A stretch of DNA of 64,000 nucleotides from Balanoglossus misakiensis (Eukaryota > Animalia > Hemichordata). The position numbers were made by a program, and so were the translations under genes. The notes below the pieces were generated by a model that did no database searches, was not told the origin of the DNA, and was given only the letters and a program-made list of their open reading frames with translations. Positions 1 through 12,700 of this stretch are shown here, in pieces. Within the stretch, counting starts at the first letter, position 1, and every line of letters starts with the position of its first letter. The DNA lies in assembly GCA_040954595.2 (NCBI GenBank), contig CM082578.2:6619519-6683518 (forward strand). The letters are read 5' to 3'.

Positions 1-3000
1 CCACTATCAGTCCTTGAAGTGTTAAAGGCACATAAGCTGCAACTTTGGGGATAATTATCATATATTTTTTCCAAACTGTACTGCCTTTTTTCCATTAATT
101 ATGCTTGATACAAGCCAACATTTATGCTATTCTACATGCCTTGATCTTCCAGGTATTCAAACGTATCAAATCAGACCACATGTGAAACTTCCCCGTTTTC
201 AACTTGATTAATGACGATGAGTACAGATCTCTTCCTGGTCTCTGAGCGGGCGGTTGAGTTGTTAACGGTGGTGTGGCTGTTCAACGCGAGTCGGTGGAAC
301 GAGGCCTCGATCGGTTTTCCGCTCGCGTAGTCTTGTAATTTTGAAAGAATTGTATTAACTTTCTGTCACACTGCATAATAAGTGTTTTATTTGATCGCAC
401 ATTTCCGTAGCAATCAAAACCCATATTTTTTTATGTTCACTGATGAATTTAAGGCCCATGTCGTCTGAAATCATGTTATCCCAAAAAGGACAACAGATAG
501 CCTCTAGTAAGAGGTCTTACGTGATGCAATCAGTCAACAACGTAGCTCCGTAAAAATGTGAAACGTCTTTAAATACAGAATCTTTTTATTTCGATTTGAA
601 AATAAAAAAAGATACGCGTAACATTCACAGTTTTGTGAGGGGGCGCATCCAATCGCCAATACTATATTCATCATTATGTATTCTGTGGTTGTTGTTTTTT
701 AAGTTGATTAACAACTCTCAAAATGTCTAGCTTTCGGCACCGCAAGATGAGCTTTTTGTGAACTTGCCATGTAAGTAAAGAGATAATGACACCCCGTGTT
801 TTACTTCATTTATACAGATGCATAGAAGAACATATCGATAGTGCGGACGTCTACTCAACCATACAGTATGTTTATAGGGAGAAGTCTTCTATTGGGTTTT
901 CCGTGGCGTGGAATTTCGCCATGAATAATTTTGAATGCCTGAGTATATCGTCATTCTTTGTGCAAATTTCAAATTAGAGTTGTGTCCTCAGCGAATGAGT
1001 GGTGACTTGCATAAAGATGGCGATGACGTCATCTTTAATATGCAAGTCGGCCATTCCACTGCCTGATCGACTGTAACGTTTACCAGTTGAGTGCGTCGGC
1101 GAGGGCGCTGTTGTTCAGTCAGAGGCGAAATGTAAGCATTTTCATCAAACGCATTTAGACTTTCGATATGTGCAGGGGTATGCGTGTGTGTATGTGATAG
1201 AGAGAGACAGAAGGGTTGGACATCGGGCCATGTCTTGTGTTATATCCGTTTAATACAGTACATACTCAAGCATCCACAAGAAATGAAGATCATAAGTACA
1301 CTTGCTGTAAAAGAGTCCACTGATCTATCTAAAGCCAGAAAACTTCAACAGCAACTGGGGAGTATACATTCACCACCAGACACAAGATTAGAATTCAGAT
1401 TAAAGATAATAACATGCTCTTCTTTTTTTAGCCAGTTCTTGTGCTACGATAAAGATAATTCAAATGTTCGATCTATGGTTGTTTTGTCTGATCTCAATTC
1501 ACCCCCATTACTCCATAGTTCGCATGGTGTGGGGTCTCATCGCAGCAGTGCGATGGGGTTGGCCCCAACATGCGCAAGGGGAGATGGGTGAGAGAGCTGA
1601 CATTTGGAAGTTTATATATTTACTTACACGGTAATCTACACTGAACAGTGACCAAATAAAATCACTTGACACCTCGGGAGAAATCATCGTTCATCCCGCT
1701 TTGACATCATTATTATTCTATGGTCGCTTTATACTCTTCCCTTTTGTATGTTAATGATATGAATATTCCACGTGTCAAAGATCATTTTTAAATCGCATAA
1801 AAATCATTTAGCATCCACGAATCTAAATATTGATGGATTATCTGAAAATGTGATCTATGAAAAAAAAAACTGATTTTGTCATCCAATTCGCTGCTACCAC
1901 TCCTTATGTTGTAGGTAATCTCTTAAAATAGGCGAAACCCAGAATTCAAATGTGCCCTGGTACAAACACTTTGAAAACTATGTGCGTAAAACGGCCATAG
2001 GAATACACATATTCTAACGTGCCTTTCACTTGCGGTTACTTGTTTGTACCCTAATCACATGACTCCTGCATTTTATCTATAAAACAGTAGAGTCTATGTG
2101 CATTCTGGGTAGGCATTTTGAGCAAAAGAAAAATAACAACAACTTAAACTTATTCATTTGAAAACAGCCACTCTGAATTTCCAGATGAATCAAGTCTAAT
2201 GTGGAGGAAAAGAGAATGAACATTGCTGTTGTTATGCTGGTGGAAACCTAAAATATCGCTCTTAAAAGTTTCTTCTGAAATGCAATTCACATTTGGGAAT
2301 GGAAAAAAACAGGCAGATATAGCTTGTTCTCACTTATCAGCAATGGTAGAGACTCCAAATTTTGTTCATTTCTGCTGCACTATTTTCACATACACTGGTT
2401 TCTTTTATTCTGACAAGGACTGTTACAAGCAGGGTCCATACACAATACAGACATTCAAATTTCAAGACCATTCTGGAGTTTGCAATAGGTTTTCAAGGAG
2501 CAATTTCGGTCAAATATGTCATTTTCTATACATGCATAATTTTTGTGTAAAATCTGCGCAATAAGTGACTTCTACGACTACACTCAAAATATCTGAGGAC
2601 GGTGTGAATCCCTACATAATACAGTACCGTCTTTGAGAAATTTTTGATGTTTCTACATGTGCTTCAAACAAAAGAATTTCCTCTAATCATCCAGACTATC
2701 CCAGTTTTTAAAATTAATGAACTGGCTGCTGGCAGTAGCTGCAAGAAACGTCCTTTGTGAAAGCAAAAAAAAAAAAAAATAATAATTCTCATGGACCTCT
2801 TCACCAGTCACTTAATGCCATTTGCGAACAGACTAGAACAGCCATGTTTACTGTAATATCATCATTCCTATAACCTGATCTATTCAAGCATGTCATATTT
2901 TACCTGCTTCAATAATTCTTGGTTACTTCGCCAGACATGACCTAGAATAAAAAGCCTGACTGGCAATAGAGGGGAACTATATCTATCACAGACATCTACA

Positions 3001-3408
3001 CTAAGAATCTAACGGCATCTTCCAGGATGATGCCTGCATGACGTAAATCAACTCATCAAATATACAGCTCGTCTAGGTACATTGCACTAAAATTTTTAGA
3101 AAAACAAAAGAAAGGGTCTAGACACATAACAATTAACGTCTGCTATTGAGAAGTATATGACACAGTGTGACCAATTTCTACATCTAAGGCGAATTACATG
3201 TTCTGCTATAGGCATTCAATATTTCATTATATGTGAATCATTACTCATCCCAGTCACGTAATTATTTTGGAAAATTCTACATTTAATCTTTTGGGGCTCA
3301 ACCATGTAAAGCAGCATCATTGCAGAGGGCCTCACATATTTCATGAATATTTTTTATCAGACTCCATGATTTTTTTGCTATTTCTAGGCAGCGTCAAGTC
3401 TTGTATTC

Positions 3409-6400
3409 TTACACAGCTTGGTCTAGGTCTTTCTGGACTCGAGAAAAGTCAAAAGGCTCTCCTGTCATACGTGTGTAGACTTCAAGAATGTTGTTACAAG
3501 TTGTCTCAAAGTGGGTGGTTGCATCATAAGATGAGGTGATGAAGACCTGAAAAAGGACACGATCAGGGAAAATGTTAACGGTATATTTCATTAGCAGACA
3601 TAATCACAATAATTGTGGTTTAGGCCTTCCGCTAAATTTTGGTTAATAAACCAAAACAAAGTCCACAATTGTTGCCACAAATTATTTCCAATCTTACACT
3701 ACATAAACAGCAATGCAAGATTCAACTACTTAAAATGGCATGTGTTATGCACAGTTGATCTTTGGTTCCCGACAAACTGTTCCGTTCTCAGACAAAATGA
3801 TATTTTGCTTAGAATTTATATAGGAATGCCCACATCAAGAGACCTAGGCCATTGATATGATTAGTTGATTATCTGGCGTCGAGGACACAAGCAGAGGCAG
3901 ACAGACAAGACAGACAGACAGACAAGACAGACAGACAGACAGACAAACCGCATTCTAGAAATGGCAAAAAACACCACTCAGAATTAGGGTTGCATTCAAT
4001 ACCTTTGATTTGCTGCCATCATCAATTGGCTCGAAGATGTCATTGATAGTAACAAATTTCTCAAGTATGGGATCTAGGAGATCAAGACCGGGTTTGAGTT
4101 CAGCTTCTGGGTTACTAGTCTCCACAGTGGTCGATACGAATGCTATGTGAAAGCCCTTTGCAGCCACTTGGTGAGAATCAGAAACTGATGCCACATAGAT
4201 ATCTGTGAATACGAGAACATTCAGACAACAACATTACCCAACACAGAAATCTAAAGTACGCTTATCAGAACAAAATTTCATGAAACAAGGATTCTTGGAA
4301 TTTGAGTGTTTGTTTGCGACTTACCAGACTTCCTGTCCACTTGGCTATGTGGAATGATAATTTGACACGAGGTGCTGTTGCTGGTATTACCAATGGGGTG
4401 CTGCAGTAGACATATAGCACGGACCACTTCACCAACTTTCTTGACTTTGTCAGTTACATATGTTGGGTCACACACTACAGCTTTGCACTTGGCAGTCTCG
4501 CCCTGAGACGTGACTCCACACACTTGGCCATTTTCATCGTATACAAGTTCATCAATTTTTTTGTCCAACATGTAGGTGCCACCATAAATGGCCGACAACC
4601 TGTTGAGTGCGACCACATTCGTCAACAGGTAAGTAAGCGCAACACGTTCACCCTCACATCTCACTTTCCCCATACACAAAAACATTCTCACATCACGAGT
4701 TAGTAAGATGATCAAATTTCAGGATTAGAACGGTTTTGCCAAAAAAAAAAAAAAAAAACTATCATTTTTGAATGACATACTTTAAGTAGTAGTCATGAAC
4801 CATATCCAGCATACATTCAGTGGCAAATGCTGGTAGTATGTACGAAGATATGATCATCTGATATAATAATGGCAACTATCTCTGGAGGAGCTATCATGTA
4901 ACAAAAGATCTGCTTGAACAAAGACATTGTTCCTTTACACAGTCACTGGGCACAACATAAATGTACACTGCAGAAAACCTTAGCGTGTTTTGAATACTAA
5001 CCTTGCAAAGCCCTGTGGCAGTTCACCTAGACCGTACAGTGGGTAGAGGTATGGTGACTTGCCATAGCGGGCTAGAGAGTCACTGTACAGTTTGATCCTA
5101 CTTATTGTCTCAAGACACGGTTCATCTAAGTAACTGTGGGGAGAATATTATACAAAGAAAATGTCACAAAAGGACAACAAACACACACAAATTAACTAGA
5201 ACATCCCCAATAAACAATGCAATTGCAAAGCTTTCCTTCAAGATGGCCATGCTTCATCTCAACAGAATATTGGGCAGTTAAGATGGAAGGGTCAACAAAG
5301 ACATTCCCCATAACTGGGTAAACAAGTCCCATTCACAGGCTGCTTAAATTCTTCCAATATCAAAAAATCCTTAGTAAAACCCTCCATGCAAGTTTATACT
5401 TACCTATCACTTCTATGCAGTGCCAGAGCATGGCCTGTGATAGCCGCAGTGTTCTCGTCTACACCAAATTTGGCGTACACGTCCCTCATTGTGCTCGTCT
5501 TGGGGTCTATACCCTCCCATGTCTTGGGGTCCTCTTCATTGAAGTCATTTATAAAAATCACAAGTTTGCGAAATCGGCGCTTCTCAAATAACCCCATCAG
5601 ACCTAGGGACAAGAAAGCATTGATGGCTCTTAAGATTAGGCAATACAGTAAAAATTTGGAAGATTCATCAATACAAAATGGGGAAAAACAATGGCCACGT
5701 TGGTTCATATATCAAAACAAAACTATGCCTCTGTATAGTCACAGTGCTACAATGTATGCTTGCGGACAGATGAATGGAGTTTGGCATCAAAGAGCTTGTA
5801 AACAGAAAATAGTCATGACTCATATCAAACACATTCCAGTTGGCCGAAATGAAAACAAAGACTTACATTTAACAGAAAGTTTAAAAACATGCAATAGAGA
5901 ATTTAAAATTTACCTGTAGACAATGCTTCCTTTTCATTGCTGGGTACCTTGGCAATTTTTTTACCTCTTTTATAAACGTAACTACCTTCTACAGACTTGA
6001 ATTCCAAATATCTGGTAACACCGCTGTGGATCAACAATTTCACCAGTTGCCCTGGTAAGAAAAAGATAACATTATGGTAATTAATGGAAGAAATAACATT
6101 GTTCCTTATGTCTCTAGTTTTAAACTCAGTCACTGTATATCAAAATACAGTTCAGCCAACAATTGAAGGACAAATGAACGCACCGTTTTCAGTATACTCA
6201 CCATTAGCCATGAGAAATTTTGGAATAATATCGACATTCCAATCTCGGCCGCGACCAAGATTTTCGGGTACCTTCGACCCTGGAGAATACTTCTTGTATA
6301 ACTGGAATTAAAAACAGAAACAGACCCTTTCAAGATTTCATGAAGGAAACCTGTGTCTGAACTATGGAATAACAATCATTGTAGCTAAAAATACAACACT

Positions 6401-8846
6401 GGTGAATAGTTTAACCATTACATTATAAATCATCACAATCAATATGTTGTTACTATGTACGACATTCCCACGTTACTTCCATATAACAAATTTTGGTGGG
6501 CAGGTAAACAATGGAAAACTGCATGTGTGCAGTTCATACAACTGCCGCCTGTCAACAATAAAGTTGCTGGGATACTTACGTCTTCTAAGGGAGTCAGTGA
6601 TGCACTCTCTCCACCATAGTAAGGATTCTTATCCATGTGTAACACCTTACGACCACTTACTGACAAAATTCCACTAAGGACACATTCCTGGAGTAAATAA
6701 AAACAAAACATTACAGAAAGAAATGAGTAAGTGTCACGTTATAGTTACACAGTGCTTTCCTTGTGTAGAAACAATATGTTTGTATTAGAAGTCACTGAGG
6801 GGAATATTGGTCTCAGTAAGTACACATGACATAATCATTATATAAATTAAACTTCATATAACACTGCCATTAATACAATATATAATATCTTATAATATCT
6901 TATAAAAACTTGCATCCAAAGGTTTCTGGGTGAAAACAAATTCACACTACTAAATTCACTAATGTATTTATCAGCAGTAAACAATATAATAGTAAAGAAC
7001 TGGCCTGACATTCCCCCAAACCCTGAAAGACGTTCACTGATGCATGTCTGCATGGCTCCAGACATGACAACCAATGTAACACTATGGATATCCAGCGTCC
7101 ATATTGGATTGTATCAGCTGATTATTTGACATGCATATGTAAATACATTGAACTTATTATACCAAGTTTCAATGTTGTTCAGGCATCTCCGTATACTGCC
7201 TCCAGATGCACAGAGCCAGTGTTGGGATTTATTAACCCACCAGTTTCTTTATTATGTCAGTACCACAAAAACTTCCAGGCATGTCTTCTACTCCAGTTTC
7301 ACCACGAACATCTCATCGCCTCAGTAAATAGAATGTTCAGCCCCATTACCAAATCTTGCATGTACTGAGAAGGCTGCATTCCATGAGTGCGGTGCACCTT
7401 TCATATTCCCAGGGGGTTAATCCTGCTTGCCTTCGATCTGCTTACAAGCTCAATCTATGGAGTTGTACTAATATTACAAGTTGTGGGCGGGGCAGCCTAT
7501 ACAGACTATTGGTTTCTGATACTTGCTGCACGTTTTTGACCATGCACCTTGCCAGCAGATGCACTTGTTGTTATTCTGCAGCACCCATTAGCCAGAGCCA
7601 CTTTTCAGTGGGATCCTGAATTTAAATGTGATCACTCTGCATGTACACTCTGTGTATATTTCCAAGAGTCTACATGTACATCATACTGCATTACTGGTTA
7701 ATACAATCATGTGATGTGTCATTTCCTACCAGAACAAGTGTTTTTTGAAAATATGAGTATAAAACTAATGTTATCAAGCCTTGATAAGCCACACAATGAA
7801 GCATTTCACACTTAAAATGAAACAAACGAGGTCTCTAGCAAAGCACTACAACAATGAAAATTGTACGGGTGACAAACATGTTTTATAATCTTACATATTT
7901 TCTTAAAATAGCCTGAAGTCCAAGATGAAAGAGACTCTTCTAATTGTATCTACCGTACACCTGTCCACCTCTATAAATTGTTTGTAATGTTTCTCCAATA
8001 AAAACTATTGGTGTAACTTTGACCCATGACTTGTGACCATAAATCACTGAAGTGCACGCACCAGTTCTCTACTACAAACACTCCGCCCACATACAAATCT
8101 CATAGAAACACGGAAATTGCAGCGAATATACATGTATATATTTCTTCTCAGCTGTACTGTACACTATTTTAGAACAAATTATACTTTCCATCAGGAACGG
8201 TGCGGCATCCGCCCTGTGTTAACAAAGCCAATATTGCCACATGTAGTCTGGGGCTATTATTGCATGATGTTACAATTAATCTGAATATTACAATGAATGG
8301 ACATTTACAGGGTCGCATGAGCCAGAAAACCAGACATATCTCGCAACAAAATTTATTCTTTTACTACCACAAGAAATGTTAGTTAGAATCAGCAACGTGC
8401 CCCCACATAAAATGACAGCGGCGTAACAATGTACAAGTAAAATATTCATTGAATTATTTGTCACCGAGGAGCCTGAGTGAGGAAGGGAGGTGTTACCTGT
8501 GCTCTTTAACATTATTCATGTCATAATGTGATGATGTCATGCAAAATGAATTTTATGCCTTGTGATGCCACACAAAAACTTGTTATACGAAAATTATTTC
8601 CCAAGATAAACCAGAGTCGCTATTGTGAGCCTTTCTGGAGAAACAAAATTCCTGGATTATCCAATAACAAGGAATTATAACGGAGGACACACGATAACCA
8701 GACCCAGACTATCACATGCAAGTTACAGTGACAGGAACTGGGGAAGGCCGAATCAGGGCTGTGATATCGCCGGTACATGACATTCAAAATATGCAACAAA
8801 CCTTAAGACCAGTGCCAAGCACTATAACATCATATTCTTCATCCAT
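3409..8846 (-). CDS. GDI1: Rab GDP-dissociation inhibitor (GDI1/GDI2 family), 9 coding exons, ~444 aa
   Basis: Exons (minus): 8846-8802, 6687-6580, 6301-6202, 6051-5914, 5602-5404, 5133-5002, 4599-4325, 4202-4003, 3546-3409. All introns GT-AG with consistent phases (1335 nt). Peptides [72 protein letters not shown] and [12 protein letters not shown] are diagnostic of Rab GDI. Confidence 0.96.
3893..3945. repeat. (GACA)n microsatellite in the last GDI intron
   Basis: Imperfect GACA/CAGA tandem run visible directly. Confidence 0.85.
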
Positions 8847-9712
8847 TTCTCAAAGTATGGTCCCGAGTTTCCAGGGGCAACTGATGTAGAGATAATAAAA
8901 GTACAAGATTCAATAATATCTATCTCTCCTTCAAGAAATCCAAAATGGCCGTCACCCGGACAATTCACCCAGGCTAGTAAAGATCAATACGCACGCTATA
9001 ATTATAATAAAGGAAGCTAAAGGTTATCTCCAAAAACTGGAATTAACACAGATTGTGACCCAGGTTGTGGTTTTTATTAACGAATTTTAACCAAACGTTT
9101 CTGGAGAAATTTAGAAAAGTGATAAATGATAGATTTAAATGATACACATGCTTCCCATATGAGGAAGTATTTGAAACAGCGGATGTATAAAATGACTGGA
9201 ACACTACTTTCACCTCGTTCTCAAAAACATGCTGCATGTAACATGTTGATTTGTTCAATGTAATATTTACTGAAAAAATTAAGAATTTCTGTTCTCAAAC
9301 GGAAAAAAATAGTTGATACCTCAGAGTATCAAAGTATGAATAATTATGCTTTATCACTTGCAGCATCATTTTCTAGAGAAAAAATGATTAAACAATATAA
9401 ATTATGGTAGTCACTTCCTTGTCTTTACTGTTCTTATAAACATTGTGCATTCCCCTTGTCGAAAACACCAGAGATAACATCAACTTCCCCCTCTTATACT
9501 TCCCCTCTGCTGCATCCAGGTATAGGTAACGCCCCCAAGTCCAAAGTAACAACACTACCTACGTTCTCAATGGAATGACCCAAAAGCCGATTTGTTAATT
9601 ATTTTCTCCAGTGAGCAAAATGGCGACTTACACATTCAATATTTTTTATTTATTTTGAAGTGTCGTTCATCGAGTGCGCAGCAGTATTCTATGTACACCC
9701 CTTGTTTCTGAA
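8847..9712. promoter_or_regulatory. Bidirectional promoter and 5' UTR region of GDI (-) and RNF123 (+); probable non-coding GDI exon ~9630-9563 spliced to an acceptor at 8881
   Basis: Head-to-head ATGs at 8846 (-) and 9713 (+). YY1-type AAAATGGC motifs at ~8942 and ~9617. Minus-strand donor AAC|GTAGGT at 9562 and pyrimidine-rich acceptor ...CTACATCAG| ending at 8881. Confidence 0.6.
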
Positions 9713-12700
9713 ATGGCCCAGAAGAATCCAGGGGGAGCTTCGGGAGGAGAAGGGATAGACTCTTTACTTTTGCAAGGTGCTACTTCCGCCATTGCTGGAG
9801 CCATCAGGCGACCAGGAACGAGCAGTGAGTGATCATCTTGTTGCAGTTTGGCTGCTGTGTGTACTGTACTGCTTCAATGTCATATGACATATGAACTACG
9901 CATAATTAGTCGAAGGCTGCACCATAAATGCAATATTTAGGACTTTGTCTCCTCTAAAAGAGAGATCCAAAACTACATCATTTACGTAAATGGTCGCATC
10001 CAGCATCTCTTTCTCATATATACAATGTACATGTAATCTCTCTGCAGTTCAGTAGCTCGTCTGCAGCTAGTATACTATAGTATATCATGACCATGGTAAT
10101 TTGTAAGCCATAGGGCTACTACCTCTATGGTATGGTATGAGATGAAGGTTTATGGATGCAATTGATTTTATCTGATTATTAATAAATCAACGTGTTGGGA
10201 AATTAGAATGATGACATGTTCTAAAATGCATATAATTTGAGACAACAGGAACACTGCTAATAGTAAAAGTAATAGAACAGAAAGTTACCTCTTGCAGCTT
10301 GAGATGGGATGTATACGTTATACATACCTACTTACGTTTTGCGATCAGGATGCAATAATTGTTTAAGAAGCCACCAAAGTGCCAGCTATGCAAGTTTTCC
10401 TTCATATTCATTAGGAAACAAAAATGTTCTCCCCAGGACTTTCTTATACATTACCAGCTAATATGCACAACACTAGAAATAATTGTAATGACAATAAGTT
10501 TCTATTGTTTTCCCATAATAAAAAATATTGGCCAATACTCTAATTGTTCTGGGGATAACACTGTGTGAATTATACTTGGCAACCACATAAATCATCCTGG
10601 CTGATAAAGACTCAAAAACGTATGAAAGAAAACCAGTTAGACCAATGCCCGAACTCATTGTCCAAGTGAATACCATAGTTTGTAAATACTTTAATGTGTA
10701 TGTTCATTAACTTTTATTTCAGACCATCCTTTCACCATATTTTAATCTCTTATAGTTGACACAAACTTGAATGAAGAAGAGTTCAGCAAGTTTCTCCATC
10801 ATGTCTTTGAAAATCAAGCAACAGAAAAAGATAAAACTAAGTAAGACTTGAAAACAATGTTCTAAGGCTACTTTTATGACTCCTAGTACAAGACCTTACA
10901 TCCTGGCATTTTCATTTTCAATTCACTTTTCATGTAACGAAATGATTAAGTTTCCATACTATACATTGTATTATACAAGAAAAGTACCAGGATGTAAGGT
11001 CATCTGGGGTCATGAAAGTGGCCTATTGGTTGATGGTGAGTCAAGTTACTGTACGATGGGAAGTCCTGTATTCATGTGTGCAGTCTTTTATTACAATAGT
11101 AACAAAAGAAAATGATTTTAGAGTCAACCATGTTATATATTTACATGTAATTAAAAAGAAAACGTCTTGTAATTTGTATCATGGAAAATTTGGTGTGTCA
11201 GTGACATGTCAGATTGGCTTACAGTGTACACTGGATCAGTAGTGCATTAAATCCATCAGTAGTTTTCGTTGTGTGATGACCATGTATACTACCAGCAGTA
11301 GTTTTCGGGGGGAAAACGCAACAGGCTTCACTGGCAGAAAGCAACATAAATCCACAAGCCAGTTTCTTGTAACATCAGTTCAGGATAATAGATACAGTGC
11401 TGGTGTATTTTCTCACATTTTTTCTTTTTTTTCTTCTTTTTCTTCTTGCTCTGCTCAACTCCAACAGAAAGCCCCTTGGATTGCATAATCTGAATGAGCA
11501 CTTGGAAAGCTTAGGTCATGATGTACAACAACCAAAGTCACCAACCAAGTCAGGACCAAAGGGCAAGTATAGCTTCATTCAACTTGCTGCCAAGTACCAT
11601 AATCTTGGTTTAAAGGTGTATGGTCACCCGTGCAAATGTTGCTACATCTAGAAATTTGAGATCTGGCTATTATGTACAGAGGTGATTGTATTCATTTCAA
11701 AAGGTTATTGAATATGGCAGTCCTCCATCTTGTATAGATCCCACTTGAGACAGGGCCTTTTACTCTGAGTTCAACCATAGAATATTTTTTTCTTTGTTAT
11801 ATCCACAGTTTCATTAGGCAAGAGTAAAGGCTTGCCAAGTTCCACTCATGGACGTATTGGTCCTGACAAGGTGCAGTTCGACAGTGAGAACTACGTCGGC
11901 GTATTCCTGGCCGGTCCAGAAAAGCTGGTACTGGCCAGCCAGAGTAATTTCAGCACAGCCAGAGCCAACGCGTGTGTTTACAAAGGAAAGTGGGTGTATG
12001 AAGTGATGCTGGGCTCCAAGGGCGTGATGCAGTTAGGCTGGTGTACTCTCAGGTGTAAATTCCATCAAGAGGTGAGTCTACTTACGCTCTTGGACATTAC
12101 CCATCCACCAGTTTGTGGCTAGGGTTTAGGGATAGCGTTTGTGTACATGTCTGGTGGGTGCATTTTTAGGGGGTATCATATAACAGCCTATGTGTCTGAC
12201 TTTGAGACGTGTACATGTGGCTGTACGTCTAATTGTGCATCTAGATTGCATACTTTAGCAGGATGGGTAGCTAGACAGCTAACTAGCTGTCCACAACCCT
12301 TACCACACTACAGGCATTTTTTGGTGATCTTAGTGTATTCTTGACTTTGCCACCAGGTTGGTGTCGGCGATACTGAGAATTCCTTCTCCTACGACGGCAA
12401 TCGAATCAGGAAGTGGAATGTGGCCACTTGCAAATACGGAGAAGCTTGGCAGACAGGTGACGTTGTCAGTTGCATGATGGACTTGGATAAAGGTACAGTG
12501 TCGTTTGCCAGGTAAATATTTCAGCTAGCTGTCATCAAGCACTGTGGACGGAATAATATGTTGTTGTGTTCTAGATTCACTCATTGTTGCCATGGACTAT
12601 TTACTCTCATCTCTTGTTTTTCTCCAGGAATGGTAAAAGTTTAGGCATGGCTTACAACAACATCAAGGTTGGACCCAACCATGCTTACTTCCCAGCTGTC

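Noticed and set aside
1184-1591. 135-aa ORF
   Set aside because: Non-ATG start in a GT/GA microsatellite and no recognisable motif.
22-2026. Single 2-kb Kolobok-like element (AAAGGCAC ... GTGCCTTT)
   Set aside because: Only 8 bp of terminal match and no right-hand TTAA; boundaries cannot be supported.
5386-5919. 177-aa plus-strand ORF, and similar ORFs at 62052-62477
   Set aside because: These are antisense shadows of real GDI and PBRM1 exons.
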